A DNA stretch of 64,000 nt from Candidatus Nanoarchaeia archaeon (GTDB taxonomy: Archaea > Nanobdellota > Nanobdellia > Woesearchaeales > GW2011-AR4). Under the pieces are notes generated by a model. That model saw only the letters and a list, made by a program, of their open reading frames with translations. It was not told where the DNA came from and searched no databases. This document shows positions 50,151 to 59,906 of this stretch, piece after piece. Where the stretch lies: contig DATDZA010000018.1 of NCBI GenBank assembly GCA_035288865.1, positions 10,065 through 74,064 on the forward strand. Reading direction: 5' to 3'. The stretch's first letter is position 1. Each line of letters begins with the position of its first letter. Made by a program: the position numbers and the translations under genes.

Positions 50151-50594
50151 TTAAACATATTTTTCTATAGATATAAATTCGAGATTATTTGAATCATTAT
50201 CTTTTGCATAAACCACAAGCCTTCCCCTGTTTGGCCCTTTGGGAATTATCTGCGGCCTGCCGGCAAGTTTCACTTTATTTTTTTTGAGCTTATTCATAAG
50301 ACTCATAAATCCATCAACATTAAAACAAATGTGTGCGCTGCCAATGTTGCAGGTTGCCGTGTCCAGCTTCTTGCCTTTCGGTGATAAATATTGGATAAGC
50401 TCTATCGAGCAATTGTTGCCGGATAGATAAGCAATTTTCAACTCAGCTTTTGGTATCCCGGTCACTTTTTCTGAGAACTTTGAATCTCGCATTGAAATAT
50501 CCATCAGCCTAAGCCCAAGAATATCTTTATAAAATTTTACAGAGTTGTCCAGGCTGCGCACAGTAAAACTCAAGTGATTCACGCTTGTAATCAT
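50151..50594 (-). CDS. VOC (glyoxalase/bleomycin-resistance/dioxygenase) family protein
   Basis: INHLSFTVRSLDNSVKFYKDILGL is the βαβββ VOC N-terminal module, repeated. 147 aa. Confidence 0.6.
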   Translation of the reverse strand: MITSVNHLSFTVRSLDNSVKFYKDILGLRLMDISMRDSKFSEKVTGIPKAELKIAYLSGNNCSIELIQYLSPKGKKLDTATCNIGSAHICFNVDGFMSLMNKLKKNKVKLAGRPQIIPKGPNRGRLVVYAKDNDSNNLEFISIEKYV

Positions 50595-50595
50595 C

Positions 50596-51732
50596 TTAAT
50601 AATCCAACTCCTCTTTTTTTATATAATTTGCGCAGTCTTCTATCAAATAATCATAAGTTTCGATGAACTCCCCCAAGAACGCTCTTACAAAATCCGGAGT
50701 GGTCCTATAGAAAGGAACGCCTTTTTTGGAATAAGGCCGTGCAATGCCGTTAATCAAAACAAGATTGATGCCCGTGCTCGAAGACTTTTTGTCCCTCATC
50801 ATGAAATTAACAAGATTATCCACATTAATATTCCGGTCAATATATATATTCAATCCCAATTCTTTCATCAGGCTTATTATGCGCTGAACAGATTTAGAAT
50901 CAATAATGCCGAGTTTTTTTGAAAAATGCAATGACATAACGGTTCCGGCGCTTATGGCATCTCCATGAAGTATTTCAAAATTTGAAATCTTTTCTATCGC
51001 ATGGCCAAAGGTGTGGCCAAGATTGCTCGCGAGAGGATTTATTTTTCTTATTTTTATTCTAGTCTCTGAAGCTAATTTTATTATATTCATAAGCAAATTG
51101 GGAGATGGTTTTTTTGAATATAGTCGCATCATGCCTATCAGCCTTGACGAGCCAAGAAGCCCGTATTTAAAAATTTCAGAATATCCCTGCCTTAAATGAT
51201 ATCTAGAATTTGTGCTGAGAAAATTGATGTTGTTGTATACTTTTAAGGGATAATAAAAAGTTCCAAGGAGATTTTTTGAATTTGAAGTATTAAGGCACGT
51301 CTTGCCTGCCGTTGAAGCATCAATCTGCCCAATAAGCGTTGTTGGGATGGCATAAAACGGCATGGCCCTCATGTAAGTGGAGCATGTGAAGCTTACAAGG
51401 TCTATTACTATACCGCCGCCAATGGCGATAACAAGGTCGGATAGATTGGACTTGTGCTTTTCAAGAAAATCCACAAGCTTAGGGTAGAAATTGATAGACT
51501 TGCTCTGCTCGCTAGCCTCAACCTCAAAGAAGAACATCGGCTTTTTGTGTGTGTTCAATCCCTTTCGTATTTTGCTGCCCCAAAGCCTACTTACTTCTTC
51601 GTCCATTATTACAAAAAATCTTTCAAAGCTGTGGCTGTCAAAATCGCCAATCCAGGTCATATTTGGGTCGTCATCAATTATAAAATCAATAGTATCCTTT
51701 TTTACATAAGTTGTTTTTATGTTCTTTATCAT
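50596..51732 (-). CDS. 3-dehydroquinate-synthase-family sugar-phosphate cyclase
   Basis: IAIGGGIVIDLVSF...AIPTTLIGQIDASTAGKTCLN and NLGHTFGHAIE...HGDAISAGTV align closely with AroB-type DHQS motifs (GGGV.GDL..F, PTTLL.QVDSS.GGKT, LNLGHTFGHAIE, HGEAV..GM). Confidence 0.75.
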   Translation of the reverse strand: MIKNIKTTYVKKDTIDFIIDDDPNMTWIGDFDSHSFERFFVIMDEEVSRLWGSKIRKGLNTHKKPMFFFEVEASEQSKSINFYPKLVDFLEKHKSNLSDLVIAIGGGIVIDLVSFTCSTYMRAMPFYAIPTTLIGQIDASTAGKTCLNTSNSKNLLGTFYYPLKVYNNINFLSTNSRYHLRQGYSEIFKYGLLGSSRLIGMMRLYSKKPSPNLLMNIIKLASETRIKIRKINPLASNLGHTFGHAIEKISNFEILHGDAISAGTVMSLHFSKKLGIIDSKSVQRIISLMKELGLNIYIDRNINVDNLVNFMMRDKKSSSTGINLVLINGIARPYSKKGVPFYRTTPDFVRAFLGEFIETYDYLIEDCANYIKKEELDY

Positions 51733-51733
51733 A

Positions 51734-52501
51734 TTAAAGTGCGTCCGTTTGATTCTGGACTAAATATTTTCCGCCGCTTATTTCAATATTTGCGCCCGTT
51801 AGATAAGATGCACCATCTGAGCACAGAAAAAGGACGGCCTGTGCAACTTCATCTGAGTTGCCATAGCGGCCAAGTGCAATCGCATCGGCAAGATTTTTCT
51901 TTTTTCTTATCAGGACTTTGTTCATGTCTGTCTCAATTACGCCGGGGCAATAGCTGTTGACTCTGATTCCATAGGGGGCAAGCTCAGCTGCCATGCTTTT
52001 TGTGATGCTTGCGACACCAGCCTTTGAAGCCGCATATACACAGCTTCCCACAGAAGGCATGACTGCGGCAAATGAAGATGCATTAATGATAACTCCATTT
52101 CGGTTTTTTTTCATGTGCTCGGCGGCAAACAGGGATAAAAAAAACAGTGATTTTAGGTTTGTTTCAAAAGTCCTATCCCAATGCTCTTCGGTTACTTGCA
52201 GCAGTTTTGATTGCAGGCACACTCCGGCATTGTTTACCCAAATGTCAATTCTTTTCCCATTTTTTGTGTAGCTTTCAATCCAATCTTTTACAGATTTAAG
52301 ATTTGTTATATCAAGCTGCACAAATTTATAATTATTACCTGCAGGCTTTTTTGTATTCTGAGGCGATCTTGAGATATTAATGACATTCGCCCCACTTTTG
52401 AGGAAGCTTTTAGCTATAGAAAACCCGATTCCTCTGGATGCACCTGTTATGACTACATTCTTTGCCCTGAAATCGAACTTTATGCCGCTCATATTATTCA
52501 T
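51734..52501 (-). CDS. short-chain dehydrogenase/reductase (SDR)
   Basis: VVITGASRGIGFSIA (TGxxxGIG), NNAG, and YAASKAG (YxxxK). Confidence 0.8.
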   Translation of the reverse strand: MNNMSGIKFDFRAKNVVITGASRGIGFSIAKSFLKSGANVINISRSPQNTKKPAGNNYKFVQLDITNLKSVKDWIESYTKNGKRIDIWVNNAGVCLQSKLLQVTEEHWDRTFETNLKSLFFLSLFAAEHMKKNRNGVIINASSFAAVMPSVGSCVYAASKAGVASITKSMAAELAPYGIRVNSYCPGVIETDMNKVLIRKKKNLADAIALGRYGNSDEVAQAVLFLCSDGASYLTGANIEISGGKYLVQNQTDAL

Positions 52502-52545
52502 AATTGCAAAAGTTATAGCTATTTAAATAAATTTCTTTTATTTTT

Positions 52546-53886
52546 TTATTTGCCTTGAAGGTAAACATTGATATCTCCCACATTTGTGTTAGTTGGCTTT
52601 GTTAAAATCAATGTATTAAGTATTTTATGGAGATCAAATGAATTGTTGTTTTTTATAAATGCCCCAATATCAAGCCTCAATTTCTGAGATTTTGAATAAG
52701 TGCTGTTGTCCGCAATTGCCCCCCCTACACCCGGCAGAAAATCAATGCCATCCGAATCTATGGAAGCAGCGACGCAATTACTCAAGTTTTTTATTTCATT
52801 AATTAAATATGCAATGTACTCCTGATTCCTCCCGCCTTTGCCCTTGCCTTTAACAGTGACGGTGTTCTCGCTACTGTAGATAAACGCAAACTTACCTTTC
52901 TGCAGCTTCTGCTTCCGTTTGAATATTTTTGACATTTTCGCCGCGACATTTTTAACTTCTCCTTCAGTATGCTCTGGGAGTATCTCAGTATCAAACCCAA
53001 GCTCAGCGGCTTTTTCTCCCATTGCTTCAAGGGCAGTTCTGTAGTCTGCAATAGTGTAATTATGGACATTTCCAAGAAATTTTTCATTTGGTTTCACAGT
53101 TTCTGGTATTTTGCCTTGCATGCCTTTTTTTATGTGACGTGTGACGCTTTGTGGCACTTTTTTCCATAATTTGTGTTTCTTTAATATCTCATAAGATTGC
53201 CTGAAGGTTGAATTATCAGGGCATGTAGGGCCTGACGCAGTCACATCATTTGGGTTTATCACATCAGATAAAATCAGCGAGATCACTCTTGCAGGCTGCA
53301 GGGTTCTTGCAAAATTTCCGCCTTTTAGCATTGATGTGTGCTTTCTGAGATTATTTAATTCGTAGCTTTTTGCCCCAGATTTTATCATCATTTCCGTCAT
53401 TCTCTTAAGATCTTTTAGCGTTATCCCTTCTGCAGGATCCGGAAGTAATGCAGAGCCGCCGCCGGAAATCAAGAATATTACTGTGTCACCCTTACGCGCT
53501 TTTTTTGCAATATCGAGCATCCGCTTTGTTCCATTTACACCCCTTTCATCGGGAACCGGATGAGATGCCATGTTAATTTTTATTTTTTCTGTTTTTATGC
53601 TGTTTGTGCTGCAGTTTACAATTCCAGCAGTTATGTGTTCTTTTGGAATAATCTTTTCCAAGGCACTTGCCATGGCTGCAGATGCTTTTCCGAAGCCTAT
53701 GACATAGATTTTTCCTTTTGATATATTAAGTTCGTCCCCGCAAATCTTGAGAATTCCATTGTTGAAGGCGACTTTTTTTGGCAATGCAGTCTGAGGCATT
53801 ACACTATTCACTCCAGCTAAAAGGATATCAAGTGCATCTCTCTTGAGGGGAGCTGAAGCAATTTGGCTATAATTTTTAATTATCAT
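52546..53886 (-). CDS. MOFRL-family glycerate kinase-like protein
   Basis: VIGFGKASAAMASALE and DTVIFLISGGGSALL (MOFRL/GckA-type motifs), 446 aa. Confidence 0.7.
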   Translation of the reverse strand: MIIKNYSQIASAPLKRDALDILLAGVNSVMPQTALPKKVAFNNGILKICGDELNISKGKIYVIGFGKASAAMASALEKIIPKEHITAGIVNCSTNSIKTEKIKINMASHPVPDERGVNGTKRMLDIAKKARKGDTVIFLISGGGSALLPDPAEGITLKDLKRMTEMMIKSGAKSYELNNLRKHTSMLKGGNFARTLQPARVISLILSDVINPNDVTASGPTCPDNSTFRQSYEILKKHKLWKKVPQSVTRHIKKGMQGKIPETVKPNEKFLGNVHNYTIADYRTALEAMGEKAAELGFDTEILPEHTEGEVKNVAAKMSKIFKRKQKLQKGKFAFIYSSENTVTVKGKGKGGRNQEYIAYLINEIKNLSNCVAASIDSDGIDFLPGVGGAIADNSTYSKSQKLRLDIGAFIKNNNSFDLHKILNTLILTKPTNTNVGDINVYLQGK

Positions 53887-54628
53887 TTTTTAAAATAAGT
53901 TTTAACCTCTTATTGGCCTTTCTTAGATCATTAGCATTATCAATTTCCTGCCATGCGTATTTTCCAGTTTTTATTATATAAAGATTAGAGTGCATGATAA
54001 ACTGGTGAATGGCCATTTCAATCTGTCCGAAACTCTTTCCCAGAGATATCTGATTTTTATTTTTGGAAATTACTTTTTTTATCTCCATGAAATACTTTCT
54101 TGCGCCTTTTGGAGAATACCTATATATCCCTATTGCCCTTGCATTACTATCTCTTAAGTTCCTTCCAATTCCGATAATTCTGTTGCGCGCTACTTTAACT
54201 TTCATAGCATTTTTTTCTAATTTGATTTTATTGTCTATAACTGCTATATCTGGGTAAGCGGCAGAAATAAGATTTTTTAATATGTTTATATTAAATAATA
54301 CGTCAGCATTGAGAAAAATAAACCCATCATCAATATCGTCTCTAGCTTCCCATAAAGAATACATATTGTCAGTTTTACCATAGTTCTTGTTTATGCGGTA
54401 TTTTATTCTGCAATTCTTGTATCTGGTTCCAATCATTTTTCTGAATTTTTTTGACTTATAACCGGCCACTATAATGACTTCATTTATGCCGCACGCGGAC
54501 AGATTATCCAAAGCATATTCAATAATCCTTTTTCGCCCGATTCTGATTAAGCATTTGGGAATATTATCTGTGTAAGGCCTCAGTCTTCTTCCCTGCCCGG
54601 CTGCGCATATTATAGCTTTCATTATCAA
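53876..54628 (-). CDS. LicC/MobA-like nucleotidyltransferase (sugar- or alcohol-phosphate cytidylyl/guanylyltransferase-like)
   Basis: AIICAAGQGRRLRPYTDNIPKCLI and NMYSLW. Overlaps the kinase gene by 11 nt. Confidence 0.65.
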   Translation of the reverse strand: MIMKAIICAAGQGRRLRPYTDNIPKCLIRIGRKRIIEYALDNLSACGINEVIIVAGYKSKKFRKMIGTRYKNCRIKYRINKNYGKTDNMYSLWEARDDIDDGFIFLNADVLFNINILKNLISAAYPDIAVIDNKIKLEKNAMKVKVARNRIIGIGRNLRDSNARAIGIYRYSPKGARKYFMEIKKVISKNKNQISLGKSFGQIEMAIHQFIMHSNLYIIKTGKYAWQEIDNANDLRKANKRLKLILKNDN

Positions 54629-54811
54629 GTAAGAGTATTTGTAATCTTATCTTATTAAAATTATCCATTATTTAATAAATGTATATTATTAAAATAGGCA
54701 GCACTTTTTATGGATATAAACCCAGTTACTCAGTTATGAACATGAATAATTCATATAACAATTGGAGTAATAAATAAATCAAGCTAGAAGCCTAAGCATA
54801 AGATATATAAA

Positions 54812-56206
54812 TTGACAAGTTTGTCCAGAACAAGTGAAATGATGAATATTTTGCTGCTTATTATAGATGCTTTAAGACCCGATCATTTAGGTGCATGTGG
54901 TTATAGCCGGGAAACCAGCCCAAATATTGATAAGCTTGCAAATGAAGGAGTAGTATTCTTGAATGCTTATTGCACACTGCCAAGATCCGACCCTTCTATA
55001 ACTTCGATGCTTACCGGAAACTACCCATATTCCCATGGGGTAAGGATGATTACAAACAACAAAGTAGATCCTTCGATTTCCACTCTCCCCGAAATACTCA
55101 AGAGCCACGGTTACAGGACAGGATTCATAAAGCCGGGAACAATCCCTCCGGAAGGATACAGCAGGGGCTTTGATGATTATGATTTGGTTGGATGGAAAAT
55201 CAAGAATAAAATTAAGAGGGGAATATTCAAGATAAAAAATCCCGGAAATTTCTTGGGACCGGCAGCACAAAGATTTTCAACAGCCGTTAAGTGGATTAAT
55301 AAAAATGCACACAAAAAATTCTTTTTAGCTGTGCATACGCACGACTTGCACTGGCCATATCCCGTGCCCAAGCCATATGACCATATTTTTGACCCCGGCT
55401 ATAAAGGTGCACACACATTTGCTGATTTGGGCAAAGGGACAATCAGCAGGGGCGACCTCAGTTTTGGAGTCAAGAAACTCCCTAAAGAAGAAATTGACCA
55501 CGCGATTGCCCATTATGATGGCGGAATAAAGTATGTTGACGAATCGCTCAAAACAGTTTTCGATGCGCTGAAGGAAAAAAATATCTATGACGATACTTTA
55601 ATTATTATAGTTTCAGACCATGGCGAACACTTTGATGAGCATGGTTATTATTTTCAGCATGGCGCCAGCCTTTATGAACCCAGTGTAAAATCAACTTTTA
55701 TTATGAGATATCCAAAAAGGATTCCTCAGAAAAAAATAATTGAAAGCAGAGTTCAGTTGCTGGATATAACTCCAACAATTCTTGACATCCTCAATATACC
55801 TTTAATAGAAAAGAAAGAAGGCGTAAGCCTTATGCCACTTATAGACGGAAAAGTCAATGAAGCCCGTGATTTTGTATTCGTTGAGGGAATCGAAGAGTAT
55901 TTTAGCCAGCACAAGAGGATTTATCTGAAAGGCATAAAAGGAAAATGGCGAATGATTATTGTCGGTGACTGGAAACTTATATATATACCACATCCTGAAA
56001 AAAATATTTTTGAACTTTACAATCTGCGCCAAGACCCAAAGGAAGAAAGCAACCTGGTTGGCAAAGAGCAGGAAATATTTTTATCACTAAAGACGAAATT
56101 ATTTGATTTTTTGAGCTTGCAGAGCAATGAAGGCGAAGTCAACATTAAGGATTTGTCACAAAAGTCAAGGCAATTGCTGATTAAAGCTGGCTATCTGGAA
56201 AAATGA
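54812..56206 (+). CDS. sulfatase-family (alkaline-phosphatase superfamily) protein, cytoplasmic, non-canonical Cys motif
   Basis: NILLLIIDALRPDHLG N-terminus and SDHGEHFDEHGYYFQHG. A candidate formylglycine site CTLPRS sits where CxPxR is expected, with P shifted one residue. No signal peptide. Confidence 0.65.
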   Translation: MTSLSRTSEMMNILLLIIDALRPDHLGACGYSRETSPNIDKLANEGVVFLNAYCTLPRSDPSITSMLTGNYPYSHGVRMITNNKVDPSISTLPEILKSHGYRTGFIKPGTIPPEGYSRGFDDYDLVGWKIKNKIKRGIFKIKNPGNFLGPAAQRFSTAVKWINKNAHKKFFLAVHTHDLHWPYPVPKPYDHIFDPGYKGAHTFADLGKGTISRGDLSFGVKKLPKEEIDHAIAHYDGGIKYVDESLKTVFDALKEKNIYDDTLIIIVSDHGEHFDEHGYYFQHGASLYEPSVKSTFIMRYPKRIPQKKIIESRVQLLDITPTILDILNIPLIEKKEGVSLMPLIDGKVNEARDFVFVEGIEEYFSQHKRIYLKGIKGKWRMIIVGDWKLIYIPHPEKNIFELYNLRQDPKEESNLVGKEQEIFLSLKTKLFDFLSLQSNEGEVNIKDLSQKSRQLLIKAGYLEK

Positions 56207-56220
56207 TATTGTGAACGAGA

Positions 56221-57369
56221 ATGAAAATTCCATTTCTCTCCGGAAAAAGAAAACCCAACATCGTAATGATTCTGATAGATTGCGGCGGGCGAGAAGATGC
56301 CATCACGAAAGTGCCGTTCTACCAGAAGCTAAAAGAATCGTCTGTACTATTTTCAAGTTTTATAACTTACGCCCCTTATACCATCGGGGCCCTAAATGCA
56401 ATGTTTTCAGGAATGTACGGCAATTTGAATGGCGTTCAGGGATATTATAAGAGTTATAGCTTTGACAAGGACCACGTTTTTACATTGACGCAATACCTGA
56501 AAGACGAGGGATATTACACCGAGATGGATTTTCCGATTGAAGACGTACTTCCCCAACAGGGTTTTGATAAGGTGAGGCTTTTCGGCAAGGACGAAACTAA
56601 AGAGATAGACCTTTTACAGCGCCATTGCGAGGTCCTTAACCAAATAAAAGACAAACAGCCATTCTTCCTTTTCCTTGAATACAACAAACTGGGATTGACC
56701 CTTATGAGGGAAGTAATAAAGAAATATGATGATTACAATGAAGATTATTTCAGGAACAAGGAAAAAAACTTTTCCAGATATTTAAAAGAGCTCGAGGAAA
56801 GCGGTAATTACCTGGAAGGATACTTCACAAAGATGAAAGAGCTTGATTTGTTTGAAAATTCAATAATTGTAGTGTTTGCCGACCACGGAAGCAGTGTGGG
56901 TGATAAACCAGGGGAAAAAGTCTATGGTACATATCTGTATGATTACACCATAAAATGCTGGGCCTATGTGATTGGCAATGGCATACCTAAGAATCTGGAA
57001 ATTAGGCAAGTTGTGAGGAATATAGACTTGCTTCCAACTATTCTGGAATTATTAAAAATATCAGTAAAGAAAAAATATAAACCAATTCAGGGCAGGTCGC
57101 TGCTGCCATTGCTGACGGGAAAAAAAGAAGCTAGGATTGCTTATTCGGAAACAGGCGGCCTTGGAGGACCAACACCTTCGCCGGAAAAACACAATATCAG
57201 GGCGGTAAGAACTGACAAATGGAAATTGATCTATAATGAAACCAACAAGAAAAAAGAGTTATATGACTTGGAGAATGACAGAGAGGAAATAAATAACCTC
57301 ATAGGCAAGGGGCTGGATATAGAAAAATTACTGTGGGATGAGCTGCAGAGACAGGGCGAGCTTCTTTAA
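56221..57369 (+). CDS. sulfatase-like alkaline-phosphatase-superfamily protein lacking the C/S-x-P-x-R motif
   Basis: NIVMILIDCGGRED and VVFADHGSSVGD (DHG). No formylglycine motif and no signal peptide. Confidence 0.55.
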   Translation: MKIPFLSGKRKPNIVMILIDCGGREDAITKVPFYQKLKESSVLFSSFITYAPYTIGALNAMFSGMYGNLNGVQGYYKSYSFDKDHVFTLTQYLKDEGYYTEMDFPIEDVLPQQGFDKVRLFGKDETKEIDLLQRHCEVLNQIKDKQPFFLFLEYNKLGLTLMREVIKKYDDYNEDYFRNKEKNFSRYLKELEESGNYLEGYFTKMKELDLFENSIIVVFADHGSSVGDKPGEKVYGTYLYDYTIKCWAYVIGNGIPKNLEIRQVVRNIDLLPTILELLKISVKKKYKPIQGRSLLPLLTGKKEARIAYSETGGLGGPTPSPEKHNIRAVRTDKWKLIYNETNKKKELYDLENDREEINNLIGKGLDIEKLLWDELQRQGELL

Positions 57370-57769
57370 ATTTTAAAATAATGAAAAAGAATTAAGATTT
57401 TAATGCAGTAAAATGTTGGAAATTTTACACTAGTCAAAGGCTAGTAGCCGAAATATAATTGATTTGGTAATTGTATAAAATTTTCAAGCACATTTAAGAA
57501 TGACTTGTCTGTCTGGGGAATGTAAGCTAACGTTTTATTTTACCAGTCTGTAACTGCTGGTTCTGGTATTCTACAAGACAATATTTTGGGCGGTATACAA
57601 TAAATATCATAAAATAGTCATGACGCCAAATTAAATGCGCAAAACAATGGAATCAGGCATAGAAACATTTAAATAATTTGGTCAAGTATCTGGAGGAACC
57701 TATAAGTGGAATTATTAGACACGGGGGATAATTAATGATATACTCTTCGCAGTATAATTAAGATGACCA

Positions 57770-59188
57770 ATGAGCACACAAGAAAAGACTGGCAGTCAGA
57801 TGCCCAAGCCAAGTTCTGGGAAATATGCTAACCAGATTTATGGCGATTTCTGCATGGCTTCAGCGAAGCAATTAAACTTAGTTCCTATTGATATGGGATA
57901 TGGTGACCCTGCGTCAGATAAGTTTATACCCAAGGAATTGCTGAGACATTTTCTAGATCAGCTTCATAATAAGAATGCAGGAGCCTATCCGGATGTTAAA
58001 GGTGATATAAATCTTATCAATAAATTCAAGGAATTCATAAAAAATGATGAGGGACTGTCATATGATTACGACGTTGCAGTTGTCAGCGGCGGCGGCAGGT
58101 CTGCAATTACAAATATTTTAAGCATTTTCTTAAAGCCGAAAGACATCGTCCTTATACCTTATCCGGCATGGAGCGGCTATAAATCACTGGCAAGATTTGT
58201 GGATGCAATTATTTACCCAATTACTACAACAATGAATAAGCGGTTCATCCCTTCTGTAGCAGACATAGAATCGGCAATAGCCGAATCCAAAAAAAGCCAC
58301 CCCAACAGTAATGTTAAGCTGATGATTTTAAACACGCCACATAACCCTACAGGATCAGTTTACTCAAGCGATTCCATAAGGGAAATTCTGCAGATTCTGC
58401 ATAAGCATGGAATAGCCTGTCTTGCAGATTATACTTATAGGGCGATTAGGGACAAGGGCACGCCCATGCAGTCAGTCCATAAAATTGCTGAAGATATTGA
58501 GTTTGAGGAGCAGCTTCCAAAAGGCACATTTACTGATAACATAGTGGCTATGCAGACAGTCGGTAAAGTATCGCTTACGCCTGGGTTCAGGATAGGATAT
58601 GTAGCAACTACCAACTCAAAGGTCATCGAGGCGTTTTGCACCAAAAAACAAGCAATAGACTTCTCGGGAATTTTATTCATACAAAAAGCATTTTCAGAAT
58701 ACCTGCTTACGCAAAGCCAGGCAAATGAATTTGAGCAAACAATCAACTTATTTGATAAAAGAAGAAGCACATTTATAGACCAGATAAGTAAATATGGATA
58801 CGCTCCAGATAAACATAACATAATTATAAACAAATCTGGATTTTACATCTCTTTTGAGATACCACGCCAATATCACAAAAAATACCCCCTGGAGCAGTTT
58901 CATCAACTGGTGCAGAAATACCCTTTTATTGAAAAGTGCATTAACCTTGACGAATACAAGGGATGGTTTGCGGAAAGAGGATACATACCGGCTTCTGAAA
59001 TATTTGTCTTGGATATTATTAGTAAAACGGCTATTAATCTGCTTCCCGGATACCTTTTCTGTTCCGTGAACAAGCAATTTCCGAATGAGTATGAAAATTG
59101 GGTTAGGGTTGCATTAATACAAGATGAAAGTTCAATTAATGAGGCGTTTAAAAGAATAGAAAATCATAAGGATTTGCTTAAGTGGTGA
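57770..59188 (+). CDS. class I pyridoxal-phosphate aminotransferase with ~90-aa N-terminal extension
   Basis: VGKVSLTPGFRIGYV is the fold-type I PLP-lysine region (cf. SVSKTYAMTGWRIGY in the other aminotransferase). 472 aa. Confidence 0.7.
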   Translation: MSTQEKTGSQMPKPSSGKYANQIYGDFCMASAKQLNLVPIDMGYGDPASDKFIPKELLRHFLDQLHNKNAGAYPDVKGDINLINKFKEFIKNDEGLSYDYDVAVVSGGGRSAITNILSIFLKPKDIVLIPYPAWSGYKSLARFVDAIIYPITTTMNKRFIPSVADIESAIAESKKSHPNSNVKLMILNTPHNPTGSVYSSDSIREILQILHKHGIACLADYTYRAIRDKGTPMQSVHKIAEDIEFEEQLPKGTFTDNIVAMQTVGKVSLTPGFRIGYVATTNSKVIEAFCTKKQAIDFSGILFIQKAFSEYLLTQSQANEFEQTINLFDKRRSTFIDQISKYGYAPDKHNIIINKSGFYISFEIPRQYHKKYPLEQFHQLVQKYPFIEKCINLDEYKGWFAERGYIPASEIFVLDIISKTAINLLPGYLFCSVNKQFPNEYENWVRVALIQDESSINEAFKRIENHKDLLKW

Positions 59189-59901
59189 ATATTATGGCAA
59201 AAGCAGTAATAATGGCGGCGGGCATGGGCAGGAGATTGGAAGGCGCTATCGGTGATATACCAAAAAGTTTGATTAATCTTGGTGGAGAGGCGCTTATAAC
59301 TAAACAGATTAACATGCTTAAGGAATGTGGCATAAAAAAAATTGCAGTTGTAGTTGGCTATAGAAAAGAAAAGATTAAAGAGTTATTGGGGAATAATGTG
59401 ACTTATTATTTTAATCCATTTTTTGAAACGACAAATAGTGTTACATCCTTGTGGTTCGCCAAGGAATTCTTTTCTGATGAGGATGTTATAGTAATGAACG
59501 GCGATATGCTCGTTGAATCTTCTGTTGTTAAGGATTTATTAATTGATAAGAACCCCGTATGCGTAACTGTAGAAGTGGGAAAATACAATGAGATTGGCTA
59601 CAAGGCGAGAATAAAAAATAATTTTGTTGATTTTATGGGAATGAATATACATAAAAGTGAAGTTGCAGGAGAATACGTCGGCGTATCTAAAGTATCACGT
59701 AACATATTTCCAATTTTTATCAAAACTCTGGAAAATTTCATGGAAAAAAAAGAATTTGGAACATGGTACGAGACGGCGTATGTGCAGATGATCGGTGAAG
59801 GAGTCAGAATATCTTTTGTTGACACTAACCAAAGGTCCTGGCTTGAAATTGACACGCCTGATGATATTGAAAAGGCAATCCAGTATTTTAATTTGCAATA
59901 A
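59182..59901 (+). CDS. LicC/MobA-like nucleotidyltransferase (paralog of 53876..54628)
   Basis: AVIMAAGMGRRLEGAIGDIPKSLI and NSVTSLWFA. Overlaps the aminotransferase by 7 nt. Confidence 0.65.
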   Translation: MVNIMAKAVIMAAGMGRRLEGAIGDIPKSLINLGGEALITKQINMLKECGIKKIAVVVGYRKEKIKELLGNNVTYYFNPFFETTNSVTSLWFAKEFFSDEDVIVMNGDMLVESSVVKDLLIDKNPVCVTVEVGKYNEIGYKARIKNNFVDFMGMNIHKSEVAGEYVGVSKVSRNIFPIFIKTLENFMEKKEFGTWYETAYVQMIGEGVRISFVDTNQRSWLEIDTPDDIEKAIQYFNLQ

Positions 59902-59906
59902 AAGGA

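Noticed and set aside
50596-51732. Considered archaeal glycerol-1-phosphate dehydrogenase (EgsA), which is related to DHQS
   Set aside because: The motifs present (PTTLIGQIDAS, NLGHTFGHAIE, HGDAISAG) match AroB-type DHQS cyclases nearly residue-for-residue, not the EgsA pattern. A phylogeny is still needed.
57370-57769. 400-nt non-coding gap upstream of the aminotransferase as a candidate small RNA or riboswitch
   Set aside because: Only a weak 4-bp stem (CCAG...CTGG) was seen, with no conserved riboswitch core or tRNA-like structure. It is more likely a promoter and leader region. A covariance-model scan could revisit this.
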